NCBI GenBank assembly: GCA_003211315.1
Contig: QCTC01000001.1
Location: 43,739-107,738 of the forward strand
DNA from: Prochlorococcus sp. AG-670-O17
Lineage (GTDB): Bacteria; Cyanobacteriota; Cyanobacteriia; PCC-6307; Cyanobiaceae
Reading direction: 5' to 3'
DNA length: 64,000 nt
The position numbers were made by a program, and so were the translations under genes. The notes beneath the pieces were generated by a model. It worked only from the letters and a program-made list of their open reading frames with translations, was not told the origin of the DNA and did not search any database. Numbering within the stretch: position 1 is the stretch's first letter; each line of letters opens with the position of its first letter. Below, piece by piece: positions 33,241-43,410 of the stretch.

Positions 33241-35550
33241 TTAACTTATTCCTACCCTTGCAATATCTAATACATCAGCCATTGATTTAATTTGATCAAT
33301 AGTTTTGTGGAGTTGACTATAACTTTCTAGACCAACACATAAATTAATTATTGCAGGTTTACCAAAAGCGGTTTTTACATTTGCATCGCTAACATTTATC
33401 CCTTTATCAGATAATCTCATAAGAATATCTTTTAAGACGCCTACTCTATCTATAACTTCTATTCTCAGTTGAATTGGGAACTTATTGTCAAGAATCTTAT
33501 TCTCTTGGTTCCATGCAACAGGTAATCTTCTCTCTATTGGTATTGGGATAACATTCTCACAATCTCTTCTATGAATAGTGATACCGTGATTACCTAGAGA
33601 GACAGTTCCAATTATTTCTTCCCCAGGAAGTGGACTGCAGCATTTACCGATTCTATAATCTAAGCCTTCGACACCAGTGATTGGTGATTTATTAGTTGCA
33701 TGAGATTTGGTTGCTATCGAATGATTTTTATTTATAAGAGATTTTGCTAATTCTTCGTTAGATTCATTTTTAATTTCTTCTGTCTGTATTTTAATCTCTT
33801 CTCTTAATCTATTCAATACTTGATGTAAAGTTAAGCCCCCAAATCCTAATGATGCTAGTAGATCTTCCGTAGACTTTAAATTACATCGATGTGCAACTTT
33901 TTTCATGGCATCACTTGAAATTAATGATTCAAATCCGTTACGACCTATTTCTTTTTCAAGTAGATCTTTTCCTCTTTTAATAGTTTCATCTCTATGGCTT
34001 TTTTTATACCACTGCCGAATTCTATTTTTTGCAGTTGGAGTAACTACAAAATTCAACCAATCTAAGCTTGGAGTTGAATTATTATTAGTTAAGATTTCGA
34101 TAAAGTCCCCATTTTGCAATGATGTAGATAGAGGAGATAGCTTTTCATTTATTCTTATACCGTTACAATGATTGCCTATTTCTGAATGTATTCTATAAGC
34201 AAAATCGATTGCAGTAGATCCTTTCCTTAGGCCAACAACATCTCCTTTTGGTGTAATCACAAATACCTCTTCATCGAATAAATCTTCTTTTATAGAGGCT
34301 AGATAGTCATTATGGTCTCTCTCATTACCTTCTTGTTGCCACTCTACTAATTGTCTAAGCCAATTAAATCTTTCTGCATTACTAGATGCAGGTGAACCGC
34401 CTTCTTTATATTGCCAATGTGCAGCTATTCCGAATTCTGCAATTTGATGCATTGAACTCGTTCTTATTTGAACTTCAATAGGCCTATGTCTGCCGATCAC
34501 GGAGGTATGCAAGGACTGGTAACCATTTGGTTTTGGTAAACCTATATAATCTTTAAATCTTCCTGGAATTGGCCTAAAAGTATCATGAACGACTGCTAAA
34601 GCTTTATAACAGCTATCTAAATTGCTAACGATAATTCTTAAAGCAGCAACATCATAAATCTCGCCAAATTGTTTTTGTTGTCTTTCCATTTTGCTCCAAA
34701 TACCATAGAGATGTTTTGGTCTTCCCGTAATTTCAAAATTTCCTAAACCTGAAGAGACTAAGTTTTCCTTCATCAAATTTAAGGTAACGTTTAACCTTTT
34801 TTCTCTATCACTTCTTTTAACGGCAATTTGATCTTTTAAATTTTTATATTCCTCTGGTTCAAGAAATTTAAATGCTAGATCTTCTAATTCCCATTTAAAT
34901 CTATTTATTCCTAACCTATTTGCTAAAGGGGCATATATTTCTCTCGTTTCTCTTGCAATTCTCTCTTTTCTTTCTTCGTTAAGCCATTGAATTGTTCTCA
35001 TATTATGTAGTCGATCTGCAAGTTTAACTAAAACAACTCTTATGTCGCTTGCCATAGCTAAGAACATTTTTCTAAGATTTTCAGCCTGTGCTTCAGTTCT
35101 ATTATTAAAGTGAATACCTCCTAATTTAGTTACACCTTCTACAAGTACTTTTACTTCTAAGCCAAAATTAACTTCTATCTCTGAAAGAGCAATTCCTGTG
35201 TCTTCAACAACATCATGTAATAGGCCGGCAGCTATAACTGATGAACTCGCGCCTATTTCTTTAAGCAGATCTGCAACAGCTATGGGATGAATTATATATG
35301 GCTCTCCACTTGCCCGAAGTTGTCCATTATGAGCTTCATAAGCAAGTTTGAAAGCTTTTCCTATCAGATCTTGATTCGAATCATTTTTTTTATTTGATAC
35401 TTCATAGTTTTCAATAATCTCAAGAAGCCAATTAGGAATATTTATCTCATACTTCAAAGATTCACTTTCATAATTTTTATTTTCAGGCAAAATGATTGTT
35501 GAAACTTTAATTTCATTTTTTTCTTTTGAATTCGCAGTTGCCTCAGACAT
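33241..35550 (-). CDS. spoT: Bifunctional (p)ppGpp synthetase/hydrolase
   Basis: HD hydrolase (LLHDVVED), RFKD, YQSLH, EVQIRT, TGS and ACT domains. Confidence 0.95.
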   Translation of the reverse strand: MSEATANSKEKNEIKVSTIILPENKNYESESLKYEINIPNWLLEIIENYEVSNKKNDSNQDLIGKAFKLAYEAHNGQLRASGEPYIIHPIAVADLLKEIGASSSVIAAGLLHDVVEDTGIALSEIEVNFGLEVKVLVEGVTKLGGIHFNNRTEAQAENLRKMFLAMASDIRVVLVKLADRLHNMRTIQWLNEERKERIARETREIYAPLANRLGINRFKWELEDLAFKFLEPEEYKNLKDQIAVKRSDREKRLNVTLNLMKENLVSSGLGNFEITGRPKHLYGIWSKMERQQKQFGEIYDVAALRIIVSNLDSCYKALAVVHDTFRPIPGRFKDYIGLPKPNGYQSLHTSVIGRHRPIEVQIRTSSMHQIAEFGIAAHWQYKEGGSPASSNAERFNWLRQLVEWQQEGNERDHNDYLASIKEDLFDEEVFVITPKGDVVGLRKGSTAIDFAYRIHSEIGNHCNGIRINEKLSPLSTSLQNGDFIEILTNNNSTPSLDWLNFVVTPTAKNRIRQWYKKSHRDETIKRGKDLLEKEIGRNGFESLISSDAMKKVAHRCNLKSTEDLLASLGFGGLTLHQVLNRLREEIKIQTEEIKNESNEELAKSLINKNHSIATKSHATNKSPITGVEGLDYRIGKCCSPLPGEEIIGTVSLGNHGITIHRRDCENVIPIPIERRLPVAWNQENKILDNKFPIQLRIEVIDRVGVLKDILMRLSDKGINVSDANVKTAFGKPAIINLCVGLESYSQLHKTIDQIKSMADVLDIARVGIS

Positions 35551-35605
35551 ATAATGTTGCTTTAAATTTATTTTATTTAGGACTAGAGAAATTTGCTACA
35601 AAATT

Positions 35606-37201
35606 ATGAAAATAAATAAAAGTAAAATTCTTGAAATCCGGAATCTAAATGTCAAATATGGTTCTAATCAGAAATCTACCATAAAAAACTTTAAATTAGA
35701 TTTGTTTAAAGGAGATCACTTAGCAATAATAGGTCCTTCTGGATGCGGTAAAACAACATTTGCAAAAACAATTGTAAATATGCTTCCTGAAGGTTCAATT
35801 ACTCAGGGATTTATAAAAATATCTGGAGAAGATCTAACTAAAATTGATAAAAAACAAATTCAATTATTTAGAAGAAATAATTTTGGATTTATTTATCAAG
35901 ATTCTATAAAAAAACTGAATCCTTTAATGACAGTTGGAGATCATTTAAAAGAATTAATCAAAACACACTTTCAAAACTATCCCCCTTTAATTATTAAAGA
36001 ATTAGTAGAAGAAAATTTTAGAAAAGTAGGAATAGATATTGAAAGATTAGATTCATTTCCTCATCAATTTAGTGGGGGAATGAGACAAAGAGTTTCAATT
36101 GCAATGGCTTTAGCTTTGAAACCTAAAATATTAATAGCAGATGAACCTTCAACCAGTCTCGATTCTAAGACTAGTTTTGAAGTCATGAATCAAATTCTTT
36201 GTTTATGTGAGAAATCTGGAACTACTTTGGTTTTGATTAGTCATGATATTAATCTTGCAGCAAGGTGGTGTAAAAAAGTCCTGATAATGGATCAAGGATT
36301 AATTCAGGAGCAAGGAAATATAAAAGAAGTTTTCAAATCGCCTAAATCAAAAATTGGAGTTAAATTGGTAAATGCAGCAATTATATCTTTGAAGCCAAGA
36401 AAAATAATTACCTCTATAAGTGATGTTGTTTTAGAGGTGAATAATTTAAGACATTGGTATAAATTAAATTCTTCAATTTTACGACCCAAATGGAATAAGG
36501 CTTTAAAAAAAGTTAGTTTTAAATTATATAGAAATGAAGTCCTTGGAATTGTTGGATCTTCTGGGAGCGGAAAAAGTACTTTATGTAGAGCTTTAATAGG
36601 ACTCTTGAAGGTGAGAGGAGGTGAAATAAAAGTTTATGAAAGAAATTTAGAATTACACAAAAAAAATTCTAATAACTTTAAAAATATACAAATAATTTTC
36701 CAAGATCCTTTTTCAAGTTTGAATCCAAAAATGAAAATTAAAAATATTTTGAAGGATATATTTTTAATTCAAAAAATATCTAATAATTATCAAATTAAAA
36801 ATGAGATTAAACTAATTTTAAAAAATTTAAATCTACCTTCAGATTCTGAATTCTTAAACTCATACCCCAATCAATTGTCTGGCGGTCAATTACAAAGAAT
36901 TTCAATTGCAAGATCATTATTACTTAAACCAAAAATTCTCATCTGCGATGAAAGTGTAAATATGTTAGATGCATATGTAAAAGTTGAGATACTTGATTTA
37001 CTTAGAAAGATACAAGAAAAAATGGATTTAACTATAATTTTTATTACTCATGATTTAGGAATTGCAAAGAAATTTTGTAATAGATTATTAGTTATTAATG
37101 ATGGACAGATTATTGAAGAAGGAGATTCAGCTACAGTTTTTTCTAATCCTAAGAATAATGTTACAAAAGCTTTGGTAAATAGCTCCTTAAACCTTAATTG
37201 A
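35606..37201 (+). CDS. ABC transporter ATP-binding protein, fused DppD/DppF (peptide/nickel family)
   Basis: Two NBDs: GPSGCGKT/FSGGMRQR/LIADE and GSSGSGKST/LSGGQLQR/LICDE. Confidence 0.88.
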   Translation: MKINKSKILEIRNLNVKYGSNQKSTIKNFKLDLFKGDHLAIIGPSGCGKTTFAKTIVNMLPEGSITQGFIKISGEDLTKIDKKQIQLFRRNNFGFIYQDSIKKLNPLMTVGDHLKELIKTHFQNYPPLIIKELVEENFRKVGIDIERLDSFPHQFSGGMRQRVSIAMALALKPKILIADEPSTSLDSKTSFEVMNQILCLCEKSGTTLVLISHDINLAARWCKKVLIMDQGLIQEQGNIKEVFKSPKSKIGVKLVNAAIISLKPRKIITSISDVVLEVNNLRHWYKLNSSILRPKWNKALKKVSFKLYRNEVLGIVGSSGSGKSTLCRALIGLLKVRGGEIKVYERNLELHKKNSNNFKNIQIIFQDPFSSLNPKMKIKNILKDIFLIQKISNNYQIKNEIKLILKNLNLPSDSEFLNSYPNQLSGGQLQRISIARSLLLKPKILICDESVNMLDAYVKVEILDLLRKIQEKMDLTIIFITHDLGIAKKFCNRLLVINDGQIIEEGDSATVFSNPKNNVTKALVNSSLNLN

Positions 37202-38155
37202 TTTTTTTAAGACTCTCAATAATTTCTGAAATTCTTGGGGTAATTCTGCTTCGAATTTCATTTCTTCTCCATTTATAGGATGAAAAAGTCCTAGCTCTAC
37301 AGCATGTAAAGCCTGACCATCCAATTTGCAAGGAAGCTTTTTGCACCTTCCATATAAAGGATCACCAAGAATTGGGTGATTCATATGTGCACAATGGACT
37401 CTTATTTGATGAGTTCTTCCAGTATCTAATTTGAAGCTCATTAATGAATAATTACCTAATCTTTCTAATAATTTCCAATAAGTACAAGCATATCTCCCGG
37501 AATTTTCATCAACTACCGCATACTTCAATCGATTTAATTTATCTCTACCTATGTGTCCAACAATTTTACCTTCTGAAGTATTTGGGACTCCATGAATTAC
37601 CGCAATATAGTTTCTTGAAGCGATTTTTTCTTTTATTTGTATTTGAAGATTGATAAGAGATTCTTGGCTTTTTGCTACAACCATACAGCCAGAGGTGTCC
37701 TTATCTAATCTATGAACTATCCCAGGTCTTAACTTGCCATTTATTCCAGGTAAATCTTTACAGTGAAAAAGTAGTCCATTTACTAATGTGCCTGATTTAT
37801 GTCCTGGAGCTGGATGGACTATGAGTCCTGATTGTTTATTAATTACAATAATGTGTTCATCTTCAAAAAGAATATTCAAATTCATCTTTTCTGGCTTTAA
37901 ATATATGAGAGGTTCTGGAGGAGGCATCCAAATTTGTATATTATCTCCTGTTTTTAGTGGGGTTTTAGCTTTTGCAGTTTTGTAGTTAACAAGGACTAAT
38001 CCCGCGTTTATAAAATGTTGTATTCTTGCTCTACTCTGTTCAGGCCTCTTGCTTACTAGCCACCGATCGAGTCGCATAGGAAGGGACATTTCATAAGTAA
38101 TTTCTATTAATTCTCCTTCTCCTACTCCAAAAGAGTTTTTATCGCTTGAGTTCAT
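37187..38155 (-). CDS. rluD: RluA/RluD-family pseudouridine synthase
   Basis: S4 domain (RLDRWL), VHRLDKDTSG, TGRTHQIRVH. Confidence 0.9.
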   Translation of the reverse strand: MNSSDKNSFGVGEGELIEITYEMSLPMRLDRWLVSKRPEQSRARIQHFINAGLVLVNYKTAKAKTPLKTGDNIQIWMPPPEPLIYLKPEKMNLNILFEDEHIIVINKQSGLIVHPAPGHKSGTLVNGLLFHCKDLPGINGKLRPGIVHRLDKDTSGCMVVAKSQESLINLQIQIKEKIASRNYIAVIHGVPNTSEGKIVGHIGRDKLNRLKYAVVDENSGRYACTYWKLLERLGNYSLMSFKLDTGRTHQIRVHCAHMNHPILGDPLYGRCKKLPCKLDGQALHAVELGLFHPINGEEMKFEAELPQEFQKLLRVLKKSIKV

Positions 38156-39018
38156 ATTGGCACTTCCAAAGCAATCTTTCCTAGCATTTGATTACGATAA
38201 TCTTCTAATAATTTGTGAGCCATTCTTCTTTTATCACCTGAGGTATGTTTCAAGGCTACAAGATCAATCCATTCATGAGGGCTATCAAAGTTCTTCAATA
38301 TATCAACTCCATATCTATCAGATATTTTTGAAAGTGAAATATTCGCATTTTTATCTTCTTTTAATTTGAAAATTATTTTTATAAATTCAATCGCAACACT
38401 TTCTATTTCATAAGCAGCCTCTCCAATATCATCACAAAGTGCAAGATTCAGAGCCGATTTTTGATTCTCTAAATTAGGAGGTATAACACCGGGGGCATCA
38501 AGCAAATCTATTCCACTGTCTAATCTGATCCATCTAAGATTACGTGTTACTCCTGCTTTCCTAGCGCTTTCAACAACTTTTTTCTTGGCGATTCTATTTA
38601 TTAATGCAGATTTTCCTACATTAGGAAAACCGAGGGTAAGCGCTCTAATTGGCCTAACCTTCATTCCTCTAGATAACCTTCTGTTATCAATTGATAATCG
38701 GGATTCCTTAGCAGATTTACAAATTTCTTTTATTCCTTTACCATTTTTTGCATCACACCAAAGAGGATATATATTATCTTTTTTAAACCACTTGTTCCAA
38801 TTAGTTATAGTTTCTGTAGTTATCATATCTGCACGATTTATCACAAGGATATGTTTTTTATTTCTAATCCATTGATTAAGATGAGGATGACCTGTTGATA
38901 AAGGGATTCTTGCATCTCTAACTTCTATAACTAAATCTACTCTTTTTATCACTTCAGTTAGCTTTTTTTCGGCTTTAGCAATATGGCCTGGGTACCATTG
39001 AATTTTAGGTATTTCCAA
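38152..39018 (-). CDS. ylqF: Ribosome biogenesis GTPase YlqF/RbgA
   Basis: IQWYPGHIAKA, DARIPLS, GFPNVGKS, LLDAPG (circularly permuted GTPase). Confidence 0.95.
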   Translation of the reverse strand: MEIPKIQWYPGHIAKAEKKLTEVIKRVDLVIEVRDARIPLSTGHPHLNQWIRNKKHILVINRADMITTETITNWNKWFKKDNIYPLWCDAKNGKGIKEICKSAKESRLSIDNRRLSRGMKVRPIRALTLGFPNVGKSALINRIAKKKVVESARKAGVTRNLRWIRLDSGIDLLDAPGVIPPNLENQKSALNLALCDDIGEAAYEIESVAIEFIKIIFKLKEDKNANISLSKISDRYGVDILKNFDSPHEWIDLVALKHTSGDKRRMAHKLLEDYRNQMLGKIALEVPI

Positions 39019-39167
39019 TTGATTAAATCCAACAAGTTGTACGTATAAACCTTTTGATTCTTATTAATTTCAAAAGTAATTACATTTAATATTAATGTAA
39101 ATATTAAATTTTTTTTATTTTTATAAATTTTATATTTCTACCTAATTTTTAAAATTTATTAAGGCAT

Positions 39168-39212
39168 AAGTAACACTTACTACTTTTTAACCCAATAAGC
39201 TCAAATTAACGT
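39168..39212 (+). promoter_or_regulatory. Candidate NtcA-type promoter upstream of pgk
   Basis: AAGTA-ACACTTAC-TACTT (GTA-N8-TAC at 39170-39183), then 23 nt, then TAACGT (TAN3T at 39207-39212). Confidence 0.35.
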
Positions 39213-39243
39213 TAGGGTTTCATGGTAAAAATAGGATGTTTTA

Positions 39244-40452
39244 ATGTCGAAGTTGTCTCTTTCCAGTCTTGATAAGTCTAAATTAGAAGGGAAAAAAGTT
39301 CTTGTAAGGGTAGATTTTAATGTCCCATTAAATGAAAATGGTCAGATTACTGATGATACTAGAATAAGAGCAGCAATCCCAACGATAAAATATCTTATAA
39401 ATAATTCGGCAAAAGTTATATTAGCGGCTCATTTTGGAAGACCTAAAGGGAAAGTTAATGAGAAAATGAGATTAACCCCAGTTGCTGCCAGATTAAGCGA
39501 TATATTAGAACAAAAAGTTAATCTGACTGAAAGCTGTATTGGTGTTGAGGCTCTAGCTAAATCTAATAGTTTACATAATGGCGATGTTTTATTACTAGAA
39601 AATGTTCGTTTTTATGAGGAGGAAGAAAAAAATGATTTAGATTTCGCTAAAAATTTAGCTTCTCATGCCGATATGTATGTTAATGATGCCTTTGGAGCTG
39701 CGCATAGAGCTCATGCTTCAACGCAAGGAGTTACAAAATTTTTAGAGCCTGCCGTTGCAGGATTTTTGTTAGAAAAAGAGTTGAAATATTTACAGGGCGC
39801 AATTGATGCTCCAAAACGTCCTCTTGCAGCAATAGTAGGAGGTTCTAAAGTAAGCAGCAAAATTGGAGTTTTGGATTCTCTTTTAGATAAATGTGACAAA
39901 ATTATTATCGGAGGAGGTATGATTTTTACTTTTTACAAGGCAAGAGGATTAGATGTTGGGAAGAGTCTTGTTGAGGAAGATAAACTTGAACTAGCAAGAA
40001 ATTTAGAGGCAAAAGCAAAAACTAAAGGGGTTGAGCTCCTATTACCATCTGATGTATTACTTGCAAATGAGTTTTCTCCTACTGCAGAAAGTAAAGTCTC
40101 TCAAATAGATTCAATAAGTGGTGATTGGATGGGCCTAGACATTGGGCCACAATCAATCAAAGTTTTCCAAAATGCTCTTGCCGAATGCAAAACAATTATT
40201 TGGAATGGTCCAATGGGTGTTTTTGAATTTGATAAATTTGCTGAAGGCACAAATGCAATAGCAACAACCCTGGCAGATTTAAGTTCTTTCTCTGAGGTTT
40301 GTACAATTATTGGTGGAGGAGATTCTGTAGCTGCAGTAGAGAAAGCTGGCTTGGCTGAAAAAATGTCACATATATCCACTGGTGGAGGGGCTAGTTTAGA
40401 GCTTTTAGAAGGTAAAACTTTACCTGGAGTAGCTGCTTTGAAAGAAGCTTAA
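39244..40452 (+). CDS. pgk: Phosphoglycerate kinase
   Basis: [41 protein letters not shown]. Confidence 0.99.
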   Translation: MSKLSLSSLDKSKLEGKKVLVRVDFNVPLNENGQITDDTRIRAAIPTIKYLINNSAKVILAAHFGRPKGKVNEKMRLTPVAARLSDILEQKVNLTESCIGVEALAKSNSLHNGDVLLLENVRFYEEEEKNDLDFAKNLASHADMYVNDAFGAAHRAHASTQGVTKFLEPAVAGFLLEKELKYLQGAIDAPKRPLAAIVGGSKVSSKIGVLDSLLDKCDKIIIGGGMIFTFYKARGLDVGKSLVEEDKLELARNLEAKAKTKGVELLLPSDVLLANEFSPTAESKVSQIDSISGDWMGLDIGPQSIKVFQNALAECKTIIWNGPMGVFEFDKFAEGTNAIATTLADLSSFSEVCTIIGGGDSVAAVEKAGLAEKMSHISTGGGASLELLEGKTLPGVAALKEA

Positions 40453-40453
40453 A

Positions 40454-41185
40454 CTATATTTTCTCAACAATTTCAACGCTTTTAGTGAAAGAAATCGTCC
40501 CTTTCGGATGAGCTATAATACCCGACCATATTTGTCTAGCTGGTTCTGATGATGCTCTAGTTGTTTTAAAAATGCCTCCAGAGGCTAAAGGTTTAATATT
40601 GATTTCTTTTTTTAAATAAGATTCATCCTCATGCGATATTATGCCTCCAGCTATAATTACATCACCAAGCGGTTCATTTAGAATAATATCAATATCATAT
40701 TTTGTACCAGTAAGAACTTCCTCAGGAATTCTAAAAATAATATCTATTTTGTTTTGGTCATTTCTAATAGTAGTTAATAAATTTTTTATATATCCATTAT
40801 TTATTTTGGCATTTTGACTGGAAAATACATACTCAAAATTAGATTCAAGAAAGTAAATTTCCCCATTAACTATTTTCTTTCCATTAACTTTGATATTAAA
40901 TATTTTTTCTTTAGAGTTTACTTCGCTTAATCTTTTAATTTGCCATTTTGAATTAGGAAAATCTTTGATTATTCCCTTAAATTTCTCTTGAATTTGAAAG
41001 TTTTCATCTTCTTTAAAAATGGTTTTTATCAATTTTAAGTTTCGAGTATTTAATGCATTCTCAAGATTTTTTCTTATATCAACGTTTGTAATTTGTGTGA
41101 TTGCTAATTTCGGGGAAATGAGATAAATAAATATATAGACAAATAAACCTGATTTTGCAAACAAATTTAAATTAAACATTTTCAT
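40454..41185 (-). CDS. Conserved exported cyanobacterial protein (possible NTF2-like N-domain)
   Basis: N-terminal hydrophobic segment; C-terminal PEEVLTGTKYDIDII..PL...LASGGIFK; divergent from murG. Confidence 0.65.
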   Translation of the reverse strand: MKMFNLNLFAKSGLFVYIFIYLISPKLAITQITNVDIRKNLENALNTRNLKLIKTIFKEDENFQIQEKFKGIIKDFPNSKWQIKRLSEVNSKEKIFNIKVNGKKIVNGEIYFLESNFEYVFSSQNAKINNGYIKNLLTTIRNDQNKIDIIFRIPEEVLTGTKYDIDIILNEPLGDVIIAGGIISHEDESYLKKEINIKPLASGGIFKTTRASSEPARQIWSGIIAHPKGTISFTKSVEIVEKI

Positions 41186-41212
41186 AACTTTATTTTACTT
41201 ATTTAATTTTTA

Positions 41213-42307
41213 ATGTCTAAAAAAAGAAATAATTTATTAATCGCGGCAAGTGGAACTGGGGGTCATATTTTTCCTGCTTTAGCAGTCTCTAAAAAGGTTG
41301 AAAAGGATTGGAATATTCATTGGTTAGGCGTGAAAAAAAGACTCGATTCTGAAATTGTACCTAGAAAATATAATCTTTTGACTTTAAATTTGGAGACACC
41401 AAAGAATAATGTTTTTATAATATTTCAATATCTAAAAATTTTATTTTCAATTTTTAATATTTTAAAAATCCTAAAAGAAAAAAAAATTAATTTAGTCTTT
41501 ACAACTGGTGGATATATTTCAGCACCCACAATTCTTGCTGCTAAGTTACTTAAAATACCTGTCATCATACATGAATCAAATTTAATACCAGGCACGGTTA
41601 CAAAATATTTTGGTTTTCTATGTGAATTTGTTTTTCTTGGTTTTAAAGAAACAAATTTTTATTTAAAAAATTGTAAAACTATTTTCACTGGAACTCCTCT
41701 TAGGGAGGATTTTTATGAAATTAATCTTTTACCAAAATGGGTTCCAAGAGGAAAAGGTCCTCTTCTAATAGTTATGGGAGGAAGTCAAGGTGCAAAGAGG
41801 ATTAATGAAATTTTTTACGAATCTCTTGATTTTTTAATAAAACAAAATTTTCGAATAGTTCACATTATTGGAGAAAATAACTTAAATATTTCGGTAAAAA
41901 AACAATCTAATAATTATGTTCAAAAGAAATTTACTAATCAAATTGCATCTTTGATGCAAAACTGTGACCTCGTAATATCAAGATCTGGAGCAGGAACAAT
42001 AAATGAACTTATACAAACTGGAAAACCATCAATTCTAATTCCATACCCTAATTCAAAAAATAATCACCAAGAGAAAAATGCAATGATTCTCTCTTCTATT
42101 GGGGGTGCAATTTTAATGAATCAAAATCAATTATCAAAGGTATTTTTTGAAGATACTTTGAAGAGAATTTTAAAATTTAAATTAAAAAAAGGAAAACCTA
42201 AATATGAAATTTTAGATTTAATGAAAGAAAATATCAAAAATTTTAATTCACTAAAATCTACAAATGAGATTAAGGACTTAATAAACTATTTTTTAAAGGA
42301 ATTTTGA
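41213..42307 (+). CDS. murG: UDP-GlcNAc:lipid I GlcNAc transferase
   Basis: SGTGGHIFP, IHESN, GGSQGA, SRSGAGT, HQEKNA. Confidence 0.96.
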   Translation: MSKKRNNLLIAASGTGGHIFPALAVSKKVEKDWNIHWLGVKKRLDSEIVPRKYNLLTLNLETPKNNVFIIFQYLKILFSIFNILKILKEKKINLVFTTGGYISAPTILAAKLLKIPVIIHESNLIPGTVTKYFGFLCEFVFLGFKETNFYLKNCKTIFTGTPLREDFYEINLLPKWVPRGKGPLLIVMGGSQGAKRINEIFYESLDFLIKQNFRIVHIIGENNLNISVKKQSNNYVQKKFTNQIASLMQNCDLVISRSGAGTINELIQTGKPSILIPYPNSKNNHQEKNAMILSSIGGAILMNQNQLSKVFFEDTLKRILKFKLKKGKPKYEILDLMKENIKNFNSLKSTNEIKDLINYFLKEF

Positions 42308-43395
42308 ATTTCTCTACATAAAATTTTATTTTTTTTTCTAGTCTGCAAACTTATTCTTGCCCAATTTTTATTGAGAAATCTAAATGAGCTGCATTCTCTA
42401 ATTAATATACCTTTGTTTTCTAAATATTTAATATTAGAAGACAAGGAGAATTTACTTTCTATTAAAAAAAAGTTAGTTGAAGAGTTATGTACTTTAAGAC
42501 TTTTTATCTTCGATAATTCATTTGAAACCCAATTTTTCTCTGTATTTACCCATTCATGAATCTTTGTTGTCCATTCGTTATAAAAAATTTTATTACTCAA
42601 AATTTCTATTCCAGCTTTTATAGCAAATGAATTTAATGGCCAAGGGTCTCTTTTAATATTCCATCTTTTTATTTTTTCAGATGAGGCAATAATATAACCT
42701 AATCTTAAACCTGCAATATTAAAGAGTTTAGTCAAGCTTCTAATAACTAATAAATTATCATATGTTTTAGTAAGTGGAATTAAAGACTCTTTCTCGCCAT
42801 TAGGAGTTATGGCTAAGAAAGCTTCATCACAAATAACTAGTTTATATTTTTTTAGAATTATTTCTAAAGATTTTTTATCCCATAATTGGCCCGTGGGGTT
42901 ATGTGGATTGGTTATCCAAAGAACATCACAAATTGGTTGAAGAGGAAAGGTTTGGGGAAAACTACTACTCCAAATTTTTGGCAATTCTGAATACTCAAAG
43001 CTAGCGTTCCAGCAATTTAGTGATCTTTCATAATCTACGAATCCTGGACTTGGTATACAACTTGCTCCAAATTTGGAAGCTTCAAAACCTGCCCAAGTTA
43101 TTAATTCAGAAGCTCCATTACCTGGCAATATATTATCAGGATTTATTTGATGAAATTCTCCAATTATTTCTCTCAAATTATTTAGATTCCTTTCAGGATA
43201 ATATCGAAATCCTAGAGTTTTAATTTCTGAAAACAAAACATCTAATATTAGCTTTGGGGGATCAAAAGGAACTAGTGAGGCACTTGAATCAATTATTTTA
43301 GATGGTAATAAATTTAATTTTTTTGCCTTAGTTAATATATTTCCTCCATGCTTGAAGTCTAAATCATTCAAAGTATCGGGGTTGAATTTAGCCAT
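42286..43395 (-). CDS. Threonine-phosphate decarboxylase (cobamide biosynthesis, CobD-type)
   Basis: N-terminal HGGN, DSSAS, GNGASELI, NPHNPTG, DEAF, SLTKLFNIAGLRLGY. Confidence 0.75.
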   Translation of the reverse strand: MAKFNPDTLNDLDFKHGGNILTKAKKLNLLPSKIIDSSASLVPFDPPKLILDVLFSEIKTLGFRYYPERNLNNLREIIGEFHQINPDNILPGNGASELITWAGFEASKFGASCIPSPGFVDYERSLNCWNASFEYSELPKIWSSSFPQTFPLQPICDVLWITNPHNPTGQLWDKKSLEIILKKYKLVICDEAFLAITPNGEKESLIPLTKTYDNLLVIRSLTKLFNIAGLRLGYIIASSEKIKRWNIKRDPWPLNSFAIKAGIEILSNKIFYNEWTTKIHEWVNTEKNWVSNELSKIKSLKVHNSSTNFFLIESKFSLSSNIKYLENKGILIRECSSFRFLNKNWARISLQTRKKNKILCREIQNSFKK

Positions 43396-43410
43396 AAATT
43401 ATCTTAAATT

